The position numbers and the translations under genes were made by a program. From IMG/VR virus record IMGVR_UViG_3300042360_000330: DNA of 64,000 bases; one strand, 5' to 3'. Position 1 is the first letter of the stretch. The number at the start of each line of letters is the position of its first letter. The notes under the pieces are model-generated. The model saw only the letters and a list, made by a program, of their open reading frames with translations, searched no databases and was not told where the DNA came from. The DNA is from a virus (Duplodnaviria; Heunggongvirae; Uroviricota; Caudoviricetes). Shown here in pieces: positions 26,436 through 37,233 of this stretch.

Positions 26436-28721
26436 ATGGCAGTAGGTACAAATAATGATGAATTAAACCAATATAATGATCTATTAAGAGAATCGATCAA
26501 TTATTCTAGACAACTATCTGATAATATTTTAGCTTTAGCAGGTAGAATGTCTAATTTATCTATAGCAGCTCGTGCTACTAGATCTGCTATGACTGATATC
26601 AATACAGATATTAAAAATACTTTAAAATTATCTGATAAATTAAATCAGGGAAAATTAAAGCAAAAAGATATTGAAACTCAAATAGCTAAGATTACAAACA
26701 CATATGCTAAGTATATTGAAGAAACTAATAATGGTGTTAATAACATTAATGAGGTATATCAAAAACAAAGAGATTTACTTGTTGATATAAACACCGAAAT
26801 ATCTCGCCAGAATACTTTACAAAGTGATATTAATAATTCATATAATAATCTTAATTCACTACAACAACAACTTGCTAATATAAATAGTCAAATAGTTGGA
26901 TCTAATCTTCAACAACAACAAAGTTTACAAAATCAAGCATCTATTATTCAAACTTTAATTAAAGATGAAACTGATACTTTAAATATAAAAGAAAGACAAT
27001 TAGATACTTCTAAAAGAATAAGTAGAGAATTAAATGAAGATATATCTAAAACTGACAGAGTTATAGAATCTCATGAAAGATTATTAGAAATATACGAACA
27101 AGAATTAGATAAAGCTAAGAAAATAAAAGAAGCTTTAGAAGCCCAAAACACCCCAGCATCACGATTAGTTCAAACTTTTAAAGATATACAAGGTGTATTA
27201 GGACCATTTACAGTTATATTTAACTTCTTAAGAAAAGTAGCATTTGATGTTTCTGCTCAAGTTACTCAACTTCAAAAAGGTTTGATGTTATCATCTGATG
27301 AAGCATATCAAGTAAGAAGTGAATTTAATGAATTAGCTGTTGCTTCTGGTAATGTTCTTATTACTACTAATGCTTTAGTAGCATCAAATGCTGCTTTAGG
27401 TAAACAATTAGGATTCAATGCTCGTTTTAGTAATGATGCTGTTGTTGAGTTTACAAAATTAACTAAACAAATTGGTTTAAGTGAAGAAGCAGCTGGTGGT
27501 TTAGCTAAATTTGCTAAAGCTAACGGCATGACTTTAGAAGAAACTAAAACCACAGCTTTAGGAGTATCACAACAATTATCTTCACAATACGGAATACAAT
27601 TAGACCAAAAAGAAGTACTTGAGGAAATAGGTAAAATATCTGGCCAAACATTAGCAATGTTTAAAGCTAATCCTGCTGCCTTGGCTCAAGCGGTTGCTCA
27701 AGCAAAACTTTTAGGAACTACTTTAGATATAGCTAAAAAACAAGCATCTGCTTTACTTGATTTTGAATCATCTATTGAAAATGAATTACAAGCAGAATTA
27801 ATAACTGGACAACAATTTAATTTAGAAAGAGCAAGATCTGCTTCATTAATGGGTGATTTAACAACGGTAATGAAAGAACTTAACAACCAAGGTGTTGATT
27901 TTAATAAGTTCTCTAACATGAATGTTATTGCTCAAGAAAAAATGGCAGCAGCATTAGGATTATCAACAGATGAATTATCAGATCAGTTATTAAAAGAACA
28001 ATATATGAACATGTCTAGAGAACAAGTAGTTGCTCTAGCAGGTGAAGAAGTTGCAAAACGTTTAGAAGCAGTTAGTGCTCAAGATAAATTCAACGCTGCT
28101 GTAGAAAAAATGCAAGATGCATTTGCAAACATAGCGGGTGGTCCTTTAGGACAAATAGCAGAAATGATGGCTAAAACACTTGAAAGTTCATTAGGATTGT
28201 ATGGTATATTAGTAGCTATTGGTGGAATATCCTTAGGAAAAACTTTAGCATCTGTAGCAACTTTAGCTTTAGAATTAGGATTTGCTGCTTCTGGAGCTAT
28301 TGCTACTGCATCTGCTATATCCTTTGGACTGGCTGCTGTTGGTATTGTAGCAGGTATTGCTGCAATGATGGGAGCGTTTGACGATGCTAAACAAGAAGCA
28401 ACACAAATGGGTGATGGATTCTTTTCTAAAGGTAAAACAATAATATCGACTAAAGAAGGAGGATTGTTTGAAACAAGTCCAAATGATGAAATAGCAGTAG
28501 CACCTGGTATAGGTGATATGATTAACAGATCTCAAAACCCGTCAACTACTGTAGTACAACAAGACAATAGTGCTTTATTAAGTGCAGTTAATACATTAAT
28601 TACTGAGACTAAAAACACAAATAGTGGTTTAGATAGATTGAATGCAAAACAAGCAGTAGTTAAAGTAGATAGTCAAAGTTTAGGAACAGCTCAAATTATA
28701 GGTAACTATAACTTGGCCTAA
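26436..28721 (+). CDS. Tape measure protein
   Basis: Ala/Leu/Gln-rich helical protein after the chaperone; FESSIENELQAELITG; C-terminal hydrophobic segments. Confidence 0.85.
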   Translation: MAVGTNNDELNQYNDLLRESINYSRQLSDNILALAGRMSNLSIAARATRSAMTDINTDIKNTLKLSDKLNQGKLKQKDIETQIAKITNTYAKYIEETNNGVNNINEVYQKQRDLLVDINTEISRQNTLQSDINNSYNNLNSLQQQLANINSQIVGSNLQQQQSLQNQASIIQTLIKDETDTLNIKERQLDTSKRISRELNEDISKTDRVIESHERLLEIYEQELDKAKKIKEALEAQNTPASRLVQTFKDIQGVLGPFTVIFNFLRKVAFDVSAQVTQLQKGLMLSSDEAYQVRSEFNELAVASGNVLITTNALVASNAALGKQLGFNARFSNDAVVEFTKLTKQIGLSEEAAGGLAKFAKANGMTLEETKTTALGVSQQLSSQYGIQLDQKEVLEEIGKISGQTLAMFKANPAALAQAVAQAKLLGTTLDIAKKQASALLDFESSIENELQAELITGQQFNLERARSASLMGDLTTVMKELNNQGVDFNKFSNMNVIAQEKMAAALGLSTDELSDQLLKEQYMNMSREQVVALAGEEVAKRLEAVSAQDKFNAAVEKMQDAFANIAGGPLGQIAEMMAKTLESSLGLYGILVAIGGISLGKTLASVATLALELGFAASGAIATASAISFGLAAVGIVAGIAAMMGAFDDAKQEATQMGDGFFSKGKTIISTKEGGLFETSPNDEIAVAPGIGDMINRSQNPSTTVVQQDNSALLSAVNTLITETKNTNSGLDRLNAKQAVVKVDSQSLGTAQIIGNYNLA

Positions 28722-28724
28722 TTT

Positions 28725-28734
28725 AATATTTATA
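28725..28734 (+). promoter_or_regulatory. Putative late promoter motif after the tape measure gene
   Basis: AATATTTATA in the intergenic gap. Confidence 0.5.
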
Positions 28735-28758
28735 ATAAACAATTAAAACAACATAATT

Positions 28759-29034
28759 ATGGGATTATTATCACTATTACAAAGTGGCGTAGGAAACTTA
28801 GGATGGGACGGAGGTCCAGTACCACCAGGACTACAACCTAACGTTAACCCAAACCCTCCAGGATCACGTCATGATCAGTACTCAATTAACGGAAACCCTC
28901 AAATTCAAGCTATTGGTGCTGGATTTGTACCTTTTATTCCAAAACCATCAATTTTAGAAGAAGGAGACCCAGCTAACACAGCTGCTTTTAGAAATGCACC
29001 TGGATTAAAATATCTAGACAATCCACCAACCTAA
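28759..29034 (+). CDS. Small tail/baseplate-region protein
   Basis: Pro/Gly-rich ORF ending KYLDNPP. Confidence 0.55.
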   Translation: MGLLSLLQSGVGNLGWDGGPVPPGLQPNVNPNPPGSRHDQYSINGNPQIQAIGAGFVPFIPKPSILEEGDPANTAAFRNAPGLKYLDNPPT

Positions 29035-29044
29035 AAATTAATTA

Positions 29045-31078
29045 ATGGCTATATTCCAACAAGCAACATTAACTAATTTAAGAAGTTTACAATACGGAAG
29101 TGATACAATAGGAGGAGGTAATAGTGGTGAACCATTTATCACCACTCCTATCCCTCCAGCTCTTCAACAACAAGTCGAATCTACAAACATATGGAACTCT
29201 GATAGTGGTCTAATACGTGGTGGATTTGCAGGAGCAACAAGAGCTTCTGTTACTGATTTTGCTCGTATAGGTAAGTTTCTTAAAGATCCACCAAGAGGTC
29301 CATTGTTTATTATTAAACAAGTTGGGCTACAGTTATCTAATCCACAGTTGGAAGCACCTAGAGGAGCTGGAGCTACTTTAAATAATATATTACAAGGAAA
29401 CTTTAGTACACTTTTTGGTGGTGGTGATAATTTTAATGCAAATATAGGTACTACTCGTATCTATAATGGTGGTATCAACACATTACTTCAAGTACCTGTT
29501 AATGCTTTTGGAGGTCACATTATTAGACATGGTCTATTACCTATCGAATCTGATAGTGCCAAATATGAAAATGTTGTTAGAAATAACGATCCTCTTAATG
29601 AAGATGAGGGAGGAAAAAATAATAGATTAGTTAGATTAAAAGCTAAATTAGAATCTGATGAAAATGCTAATATAGCTCGTTATATTAGTGGTCCTGATTC
29701 TCTTGATGGTATAGGAATTACTACTATTCCATATGTTTACAAAACATTAAAAAATAATACTAGGCCTTATATACCTTTAGATAAACCATTAATAATTGAT
29801 CAAGAAGGAAATAATTTAAATAATACAGATTATTCTAGTCTAGAACCATTATATATACGTCCTTCTTTAAACCCAAACTACTACAATGCTCAAGGAGTTT
29901 CACTTCAATACTTTGACAACATTGAAGCTGAAATAACATCAGAAAATAATATTCTCCCACCAGCGGAAGGCAGAACTAATAATTCTACAGAAAATAGTCA
30001 ATTTGATCAAAACGTTATTAACTATTCAGCTACAGGTAGAACATATAATACTTTACGTAAAGCTATTGATGATCAACAAGAAAAAAATCAAATTGGTGAT
30101 GTAACTTTACCTTATAACGATAGATTAGGAATAAAAACCCCAGAAGGAGGAATAGAATATACAGTAGTTAATTATCCAACTAAATTCTTTCCTAAAGGAA
30201 AATCAAAATATAAAAATAAAAAACATCCTCTTGGATTAGATTTATCTACAAATAATATAGATACTCGATTAGGGTTAGCCCAAGCTGAAGGATATGATGC
30301 TAAAGACAGTGTAAATTTAACACCTGTATTTTTATCTAATATCGCTCCTAATACTGCAATATTAATAAACGGAAAAAAATATGGTACTAGAGATATAATT
30401 AAATTTAGAATTGAAGCTGTAAATAATGACAACCCAACAGGTCCAAGTGCTTGGATGGTGTTTAGAGCATATCTTAAAGATATAACAGATACACCAAATC
30501 CAACATGGAACACCGTTAATTATGTAGGTAGAGGAGAACCATTTTACATTTATAAAGGATTTGAACGTAATTTATCTTTTACTCTTCAAGTAGCAGCAAT
30601 GTCTGAAGCAGAATTGCAACCAATGTGGCAAAAATTAAATTTCTTATACTCAAACACAATGCCTGATTATAGTAATAATGTAATGAGAGCACCATATATG
30701 AGGTTAACATTGGGTGACTACATGTTTAGACAACCTGGTATTATTAAAAATATGACATATACTATAGGTAACGATTCACCTTGGGAAATAGCATTAGATG
30801 AACCCGAATCTGGAAGTGCATTGTATGAATTACCACATGTAATGACTATACAAATGACATTCGCTCCTATACATGATTTCTTACCACGTAAGTTTCCAAC
30901 AGCATACCCCGACCCACTTAAAAATTGGAGCGGATTACCAGCATTTGTTGCTGACAGACAAACAAATCAGAAAAAACAAGAAGATAATCCTTGGTTAACA
31001 TCTATGTATAATACTTCTACAGTAGGTAGTATTAAAAATTTAGGTATACTTCCTGTTGGAAAACTCCCAACTAATTAA
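29045..31078 (+). CDS. Baseplate / tube-initiator-like protein
   Basis: C-part IKFRIEA...FRAYLKDITD...YVGRGEPFYIYKGFERNLSF. Confidence 0.65.
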   Translation: MAIFQQATLTNLRSLQYGSDTIGGGNSGEPFITTPIPPALQQQVESTNIWNSDSGLIRGGFAGATRASVTDFARIGKFLKDPPRGPLFIIKQVGLQLSNPQLEAPRGAGATLNNILQGNFSTLFGGGDNFNANIGTTRIYNGGINTLLQVPVNAFGGHIIRHGLLPIESDSAKYENVVRNNDPLNEDEGGKNNRLVRLKAKLESDENANIARYISGPDSLDGIGITTIPYVYKTLKNNTRPYIPLDKPLIIDQEGNNLNNTDYSSLEPLYIRPSLNPNYYNAQGVSLQYFDNIEAEITSENNILPPAEGRTNNSTENSQFDQNVINYSATGRTYNTLRKAIDDQQEKNQIGDVTLPYNDRLGIKTPEGGIEYTVVNYPTKFFPKGKSKYKNKKHPLGLDLSTNNIDTRLGLAQAEGYDAKDSVNLTPVFLSNIAPNTAILINGKKYGTRDIIKFRIEAVNNDNPTGPSAWMVFRAYLKDITDTPNPTWNTVNYVGRGEPFYIYKGFERNLSFTLQVAAMSEAELQPMWQKLNFLYSNTMPDYSNNVMRAPYMRLTLGDYMFRQPGIIKNMTYTIGNDSPWEIALDEPESGSALYELPHVMTIQMTFAPIHDFLPRKFPTAYPDPLKNWSGLPAFVADRQTNQKKQEDNPWLTSMYNTSTVGSIKNLGILPVGKLPTN

Positions 31079-31092
31079 TATATTCATAAATT

Positions 31093-31404
31093 ATGATATA
31101 CAATAATTCAGACATATTAACAACAAGTATTGATTCCCCATTTGGTGCTGGAAAACAATATTATAAGGCAAAAAAATTTCCTCCTATACCACCTACAGAA
31201 AGTGATATATATGTTGTTACTGCTGAAGGTGATAGATTAGATCTATTAGCCTTTACATATTACAACGATGCATCTTTATGGTGGGTTATATCAGGGGTAA
31301 ATAATGGGATTACATTTGGTTCTATGTTTCCTGAACCAGGCACACAACTTAGAATTCCTATTAGTATAAATGAAGTATTAAGTATCTTTAACAACGCAAA
31401 TTAA
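31093..31404 (+). CDS. LysM-like baseplate wedge protein (gp53/tail protein X-like)
   Basis: YVVTAEGDRLDLLAFTYYNDASLWWVI...PGTQLRIP. Confidence 0.8.
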   Translation: MIYNNSDILTTSIDSPFGAGKQYYKAKKFPPIPPTESDIYVVTAEGDRLDLLAFTYYNDASLWWVISGVNNGITFGSMFPEPGTQLRIPISINEVLSIFNNAN

Positions 31405-31410
31405 TAAGTT

Positions 31411-34400
31411 ATGTCTATATTTAGAGAAACGTTTGAACCTTTTGTCAAAGACGAATTAAAAAGAAGACAAGATGGGATGCTTACTCGTAACCCTAGTTTC
31501 TTACACCAACTAAATTCAAGATCAGCTTGGGTAAGAATGACATCTGGGGTTAACGTTAATAACAGTAATGATTTAGCAAAAAAATACGTTTTACAAGGCG
31601 GTATTTTAAACGTCGCTACTACTGGCCAAGGTGCTAATATAACCGATACTTTCGCGTTAAAATCGGGATTAGGCGGTGCTTCTAACACATATAGTAATTT
31701 AACTGTAGGAGGTGTCACTAATAGATTAGGTATAAGACCTATGCCTGGTATTACTAATGTTTCTATACAATCTAAAAGTGCTTACGGTTCACTTCAAGAA
31801 GCAACAGTATCATTTGTATGTTGGGATATCAAGCAACTAGAAGAACTAGAACTTCTATACATGCGCCCAGGATACACTGTATTGTTTGAAATGGGGTGGA
31901 ATTATGCTAAAGCAAAAGGTGAACTACCTCGATATGATATTCTTAATAAAACAAACTTAGTATTAAATGATGGTTTTAAACAAATATATGAATTAATAGA
32001 GGAAAGTAAAGGAAATTACAATGCTTTATTAGGATATGTAAAAAACTACAACTGGTCAGCTCGTGATGATGGTGGATACGATTGTACTACATCTATTATA
32101 TCTTTAGGAGAAATATTAGAATCATTAAAATGTAACTGGGTTCCTATTAATACTAAAGCATTTGATTTAGGTGGTGAAGGAATATTAGGTTTACCATATT
32201 CCCCACGTGTTCCTGAAAAAATTACAGAATCATATAAACAAGGTATTATTCCTGGTTTAATTAGAGAAATATACCAATGGGCTCAAACTAGAATTGGAAA
32301 TAATTTGGTAATAACTGATGGTAATGTAACCTATGATTTATTTAGAAAAAAAGTAGGTAATGCTAGAAAAGATGATAGAGGAGGTTTACCTAAACATCTA
32401 CAGCCAGGAAACTCAGATTATGAGTTATATATGACATTAGAAAGTTTATGTAATTTATTAAATAAACATGTTTTATTAAATGCTGGTAAAGATAATCCTT
32501 TAGTTCAAATTACTACTAATGAGCAAGCTCCTAATGGTGCTATAACTAATGTTCCTCTTAAATGTATTGCTAGCCCTTTATCATTATCTACAAATTTAGG
32601 AGTATGTTACATTGAAAACCCTAATTGGGAAAGTATAAAAGTACAAACACCTACAACAAATACACCGGCGGTAACATCCTCTTTACCTCCTGATATAGCA
32701 ATTGCTGTTAAACAAAAAACTTTTGGAAATCCTTCTAACTCTTATCCTAATAATGTATTTAAACGATTTGTTAAAAATATAACTAAATTTGAAGCGGGTA
32801 CAAATTCTGTAGCAGCTATTTTTATACCTGATTATTTTTATACTTATAATTCACCATTAGGACTTCAAGGAGATATAGATAAATTAGCCTCAGATTTAAG
32901 TGGGTCATTAACTAAAGTAGAACTTGTCCCAGGCACAAACTCAGCGGGAAATGCTATTTTAACTCCTAAATTTTTCTTTCCCGATGGATCTTCTTTTTTA
33001 TCATCAGATCCATCTAATACTCAAACAGTTAATTTTTTAGATTATTTTGGACCAGCAGCAGATATATATGACGATCTCTTTTATTATAATTATGATCCTA
33101 CACCTCCTGGAAAATACACGTTTACTGGTTTTACTGAAGATCCTTTTGCAGAAAGTGAATTTGATGTAAAAGATAATATAGGAACATTATGGAGAAAAAA
33201 TAATACTTCTAGTGCTAAAGGTGTTGTTGAAGCTCTTCAAACAGCCTTATCTAAGGTACCTTTAAATAATGCTTTACAAACAAGTCTTACAAATCAACTA
33301 CCTCAAGTAGCTCAACAAGTTGCGGGAGCTGCTACACAAGCTGGGGTTAATGAAGCTAATAAAAAATTCTTAGTACCTGTAACAGGAAATAGTCAAAGAC
33401 AATTAGGAAATATAGGAAATATATATGTTAATTTAGAATACATCTATGATAAAGCTATATCTAGAAATTTAGCATCTAATGATACCCAAACTAAAAATGT
33501 TATTTCTGTTAGAGATTTTTTACAAGATATATTAAGAGAGGTTCAAAATAGTATAGGTAACTTAAATACATTTGATATACAAGTAGATGATAGAAATTCT
33601 ATAGGAAGAATAATAGATATTAATTCAACTCAAACCCCATCAAGTGTAAAAGATCCATTATTTGAATTACAAATTCATAATTTAAATTCCTGTGTAAGAA
33701 CATATAATTTTCAATCCAAAATATTTCCAGAAATGGGTTCAATTATAGCTATTAGTGCCCAAGACCCAGAAGGTATAGGAACATTAGGGTATGATAATGC
33801 TACATTAGTTGCTTGGAATAATGGTATTTCTGACCGGTTAATTCCTAAAAAATTAACAAACCCTGACGATTTATTATCTGCAGCTAATAGTCCTGTTTCT
33901 TACCTTTTACCATTTTTAACTCAAATGTTAAAATATTTTAGTGTTATAGCAGGTACATCTTCTGGAGATGATATAAATTTAGTTTATGGAGGTTTAAATT
34001 TTGCCTTTAGAGATTTTTTAGCTCATTTAGATAGAACAAATGGTGGTAATAATAATTTTAAAACTATAATCCCAACTGAACTAAATGTAACTTTAGATGG
34101 TATTGGAGGTATTATAATAGGTAATTTATTTAAAATTAATGAAGATATAGTACCTAAAGGATACACAGGAGTAGTAGGGAGAAAATTAGCATACATTGTT
34201 ACTAAGTTAGGACATAACATATCAAATAATGACTGGACTACAGAATTAAGTGCATACCCAATAGTATTTGAACAATCTACAGGAACTAGTGTATGGAACC
34301 AATGGAATAACCAACAATACCCTGGAACTATAATCAGTGTAGGAGGAAGAAACTTTAATGTAAGTGGAGCTAGTGTTCAGAATTTTAGTAATCAATCTGA

Positions 34401-34914
34401 TATTGATAAAGCATTTAAATTCTTTATAGACAACGGGTATAGTAAAGCGGCAGCTGCTGCTTTAGTAGGATCATTTCTTCAAGAATCTGCATTAATACCA
34501 AGTATAGTTAATTATAATCCTAATCTAGCATTTAACGCCTCTGGACAAACATATGCTGCTGGTATTGCTCAATGGGTAGGTCCTAGAAGAGTAGAGTTAT
34601 TAAAATATGCTAAAGGTAAAGGAATTACTATTTCTAATTATGATAATGCTGTTAAAATAGTTAATAATTCAACTAAAACTACTAATTCTAAAAACACTAT
34701 AACAAATGCATTTACTAATATAGATTTAAATACTCAATTAGAATTTGTAAATAAAGAAGCAGCCAAATATCCTGGATTTAGTTCATTTAAAGCATCAACC
34801 GATCTTTCTCAAGCTGTGTTGTGGGTATATGAAACATATGAAGGTGGAAATTATACTACTGGTGCTGCTTTAGGTAATAGAGAAATATATGCTAGTGAAT
34901 TATATAATAAATAA
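31411..34914 (+). CDS. Baseplate hub protein with C-terminal phage-tail-lysozyme-like domain
   Basis: RPMPGITNVSI...ELELLYMRPG (hub); GYSKAAAAALVGSFLQES...GIAQW...LNTQLEF (lysozyme-like). Confidence 0.75.
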   Translation: MSIFRETFEPFVKDELKRRQDGMLTRNPSFLHQLNSRSAWVRMTSGVNVNNSNDLAKKYVLQGGILNVATTGQGANITDTFALKSGLGGASNTYSNLTVGGVTNRLGIRPMPGITNVSIQSKSAYGSLQEATVSFVCWDIKQLEELELLYMRPGYTVLFEMGWNYAKAKGELPRYDILNKTNLVLNDGFKQIYELIEESKGNYNALLGYVKNYNWSARDDGGYDCTTSIISLGEILESLKCNWVPINTKAFDLGGEGILGLPYSPRVPEKITESYKQGIIPGLIREIYQWAQTRIGNNLVITDGNVTYDLFRKKVGNARKDDRGGLPKHLQPGNSDYELYMTLESLCNLLNKHVLLNAGKDNPLVQITTNEQAPNGAITNVPLKCIASPLSLSTNLGVCYIENPNWESIKVQTPTTNTPAVTSSLPPDIAIAVKQKTFGNPSNSYPNNVFKRFVKNITKFEAGTNSVAAIFIPDYFYTYNSPLGLQGDIDKLASDLSGSLTKVELVPGTNSAGNAILTPKFFFPDGSSFLSSDPSNTQTVNFLDYFGPAADIYDDLFYYNYDPTPPGKYTFTGFTEDPFAESEFDVKDNIGTLWRKNNTSSAKGVVEALQTALSKVPLNNALQTSLTNQLPQVAQQVAGAATQAGVNEANKKFLVPVTGNSQRQLGNIGNIYVNLEYIYDKAISRNLASNDTQTKNVISVRDFLQDILREVQNSIGNLNTFDIQVDDRNSIGRIIDINSTQTPSSVKDPLFELQIHNLNSCVRTYNFQSKIFPEMGSIIAISAQDPEGIGTLGYDNATLVAWNNGISDRLIPKKLTNPDDLLSAANSPVSYLLPFLTQMLKYFSVIAGTSSGDDINLVYGGLNFAFRDFLAHLDRTNGGNNNFKTIIPTELNVTLDGIGGIIIGNLFKINEDIVPKGYTGVVGRKLAYIVTKLGHNISNNDWTTELSAYPIVFEQSTGTSVWNQWNNQQYPGTIISVGGRNFNVSGASVQNFSNQSDIDKAFKFFIDNGYSKAAAAALVGSFLQESALIPSIVNYNPNLAFNASGQTYAAGIAQWVGPRRVELLKYAKGKGITISNYDNAVKIVNNSTKTTNSKNTITNAFTNIDLNTQLEFVNKEAAKYPGFSSFKASTDLSQAVLWVYETYEGGNYTTGAALGNREIYASELYNK

Positions 34915-34916
34915 TA

Positions 34917-35378
34917 ATGAGACCAATACCAAAAAGTAGAATCCAAGAAAATTTATACACTAATGGAACAGGTCTGGGAAACAACATCAGATTACGATTC
35001 CCAGATACTAAGACACCATATGTTGGGTTTTATGTAGTAATAAACGGAAACAAATATTATGGTGGTAAGACATATGATGAAAATTCTAAATTATTAGAAC
35101 AATATACATTACCTATAAATCCTAGTGCTATAGCTTCTGCTGGTTCTATTCCTTTAAATTCATTAACATCTAATGCAAATAGTGGTAGGTCTAGATACTT
35201 TTATAAAGATCTAACTTCACCTGATAACTCAATTAAAGAAATTGATAAAAAAGCATATGATCAATTATCAGGCCAATTAAGTAACACTTACCAAGTATTA
35301 CCATATAACAGCAATATCCAAACTCTACTAGAAGCAAATCAACAAATGCCAGGATTGGCTGCTTTCTTGGGTGCCTAA
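34917..35378 (+). CDS. Hypothetical baseplate-region protein
   Basis: IPKSRIQENLYTNG N-terminus; coupled to the hub gene. Confidence 0.55.
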   Translation: MRPIPKSRIQENLYTNGTGLGNNIRLRFPDTKTPYVGFYVVINGNKYYGGKTYDENSKLLEQYTLPINPSAIASAGSIPLNSLTSNANSGRSRYFYKDLTSPDNSIKEIDKKAYDQLSGQLSNTYQVLPYNSNIQTLLEANQQMPGLAAFLGA

Positions 35379-35397
35379 AATATTATTCGTATATTTA
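35366..35397 (+). promoter_or_regulatory. Bacteroidota sigma70-like promoter
   Basis: CTTG-N20-TATATTTA upstream of the polymerase gene. Confidence 0.55.
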
Positions 35398-35418
35398 GAA
35401 TAATAAAAAAATAAGGTT

Positions 35419-36696
35419 ATGTTTTATATAATTGAAAAAGAAGATCAATTACCCCACTTACCGCACTTCGATAAATGTTTTATTCATATTATAACGAATA
35501 ATGACAATTATCACCCTGCTATTGCTGATGTATCTTTAATTTATGTTAAGCCGTTTGATGATAAAGGATATATACTTTGTGTAAATCACACTGAGTCTTT
35601 AGGTTTAAAATGGCAACCTCTCAAAAAATTCTTATCTGAAAAAGAATTATATGCTCTAGATGCAAAACACGCTAGATACTTCCTTACAGGAAATATAAAT
35701 GATGTAACCTTTAATTATATAGAAAAACATGGTTGTAAACCTGATTTATCGTCTTGTTTACCTTCAATTAATTTTAATTTTTACACTAAATATGGTGAAT
35801 TAAAAAATATAAATACATTAATTCCTATTTCTAAACATTATGAGTATTGTGAGAATTTATATAATTCTTTACAAAACTATATGGTTAAAAACACTGATTA
35901 TCTTTACAAACTAACTAAAGTGTTCTTTAAAATAGAAAAAGAAGGTATTAAATTAGATAAAGCATGTTTTATAAAATACCATCAAACCCATCCTACTCCT
36001 CAATTTTCAATTAGTAAAGGAAAAGTTTACACTCAATATAATTTATATACATTAACTGGTCGTCCATCTAATTCATTTAATAATGTAAATTATGCTGCTT
36101 TAAATAAAGAAAATGGTGAAAGAACTTGTTATATTCCTAATAATGACTTATATTTAGAGTTTGATTTTAATGGTTACCATCCACGCTTATTAGGTGCGCT
36201 AACAGGATATGAATTTGATAAAGAAACAAATGTCTATACCCAAATTGCCCGAATATTAGAAACTGAAGATATACCTAAAGTTAAAGAAACAACATTCCAG
36301 AATTTATATGGTGGTATTAGATACGAATTACAAAGTAAACCATTTTTCAAAAATGTACATATGTTTACTGAGAATTTATGGGAAACAATTCAATATGGTG
36401 GTTCAATAACAACACCGTCAGGAAAAATATTTCGTTTAAAGGATATTGATAATCCTAATCCTCAAAAAGTATTAAATTATCTTATACAAAATTTTGAAAC
36501 ATCACAAAATGTTGAACAAATATTTGATCTATATAACGATTTTCGTTCATTAAAATCAAGAATTGTGCTTTATACATACGATGCTATATTAATAGATGCA
36601 GTACAAGACGAAGTAAATCAAATAAAGGAAATTATAAGTAAATTAAAATATCCAACCAAAGTAAAAATAGGAATTAACTATAACGAATTAACATAA
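35419..36696 (+). CDS. Short family A DNA polymerase-like protein
   Basis: TGRPSN; motif A EFDFNGYHPRLL; motif B KETTFQNLYGG; motif C LYTYDAILID. Confidence 0.75.
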   Translation: MFYIIEKEDQLPHLPHFDKCFIHIITNNDNYHPAIADVSLIYVKPFDDKGYILCVNHTESLGLKWQPLKKFLSEKELYALDAKHARYFLTGNINDVTFNYIEKHGCKPDLSSCLPSINFNFYTKYGELKNINTLIPISKHYEYCENLYNSLQNYMVKNTDYLYKLTKVFFKIEKEGIKLDKACFIKYHQTHPTPQFSISKGKVYTQYNLYTLTGRPSNSFNNVNYAALNKENGERTCYIPNNDLYLEFDFNGYHPRLLGALTGYEFDKETNVYTQIARILETEDIPKVKETTFQNLYGGIRYELQSKPFFKNVHMFTENLWETIQYGGSITTPSGKIFRLKDIDNPNPQKVLNYLIQNFETSQNVEQIFDLYNDFRSLKSRIVLYTYDAILIDAVQDEVNQIKEIISKLKYPTKVKIGINYNELT

Positions 36697-36770
36697 GATA
36701 CCCAATGGTTATGACAGAAAGCCCGATATTTATCACCAGTTATGAATTTAATGATATCATTATAAATGAC

Positions 36771-37166
36771 ATGGTAGGAAATAAACTTTTTTGCACATTT
36801 GTTGCACCCTCTAAATTAGACGAAACTTTAAATATACTTACAAATAAATATTCTATATTGTATGATAAAATATTTGTATTGGAATCAACCGATACAGATG
36901 AATTAATCTTAACATATAATATAGACGTGGTAAATACTAATTCTAAAAACGCTTTACCTAATACTATTTTACTTCACAGAAAAAAAGAATCTAACACATT
37001 ATATACTATTAATGCTCTTAATGCTCTTATAAAAGAATTAAACGGAGGTGTATTAGATACGAATTATAAAGTTAAATGGGAAGATCATCGTAATGTTATA
37101 TTACTTACCCAAGAAGGAGGACTAAGAAAAGTTCACACTAAGATTCACAATATCGTTAAAGTATAG
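36771..37166 (+). CDS. Conserved hypothetical protein
   Basis: Track ORF 36705..37166; ATG 36771 (MVGNKLFCTF) preferred because an ATATTTAT motif lies at 36726. Confidence 0.55.
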   Translation: MVGNKLFCTFVAPSKLDETLNILTNKYSILYDKIFVLESTDTDELILTYNIDVVNTNSKNALPNTILLHRKKESNTLYTINALNALIKELNGGVLDTNYKVKWEDHRNVILLTQEGGLRKVHTKIHNIVKV

Positions 37167-37198
37167 TTTGGATACCCCAAACATCTTTATTATATTTA
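37167..37198 (+). promoter_or_regulatory. Bacteroidota sigma70-like promoter
   Basis: TTTG-N20-TATATTTA upstream of the SSB gene. Confidence 0.65.
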
Positions 37199-37233
37199 CC
37201 CAAAACAAGTTATAAACAAATTTAAAAAACGTT

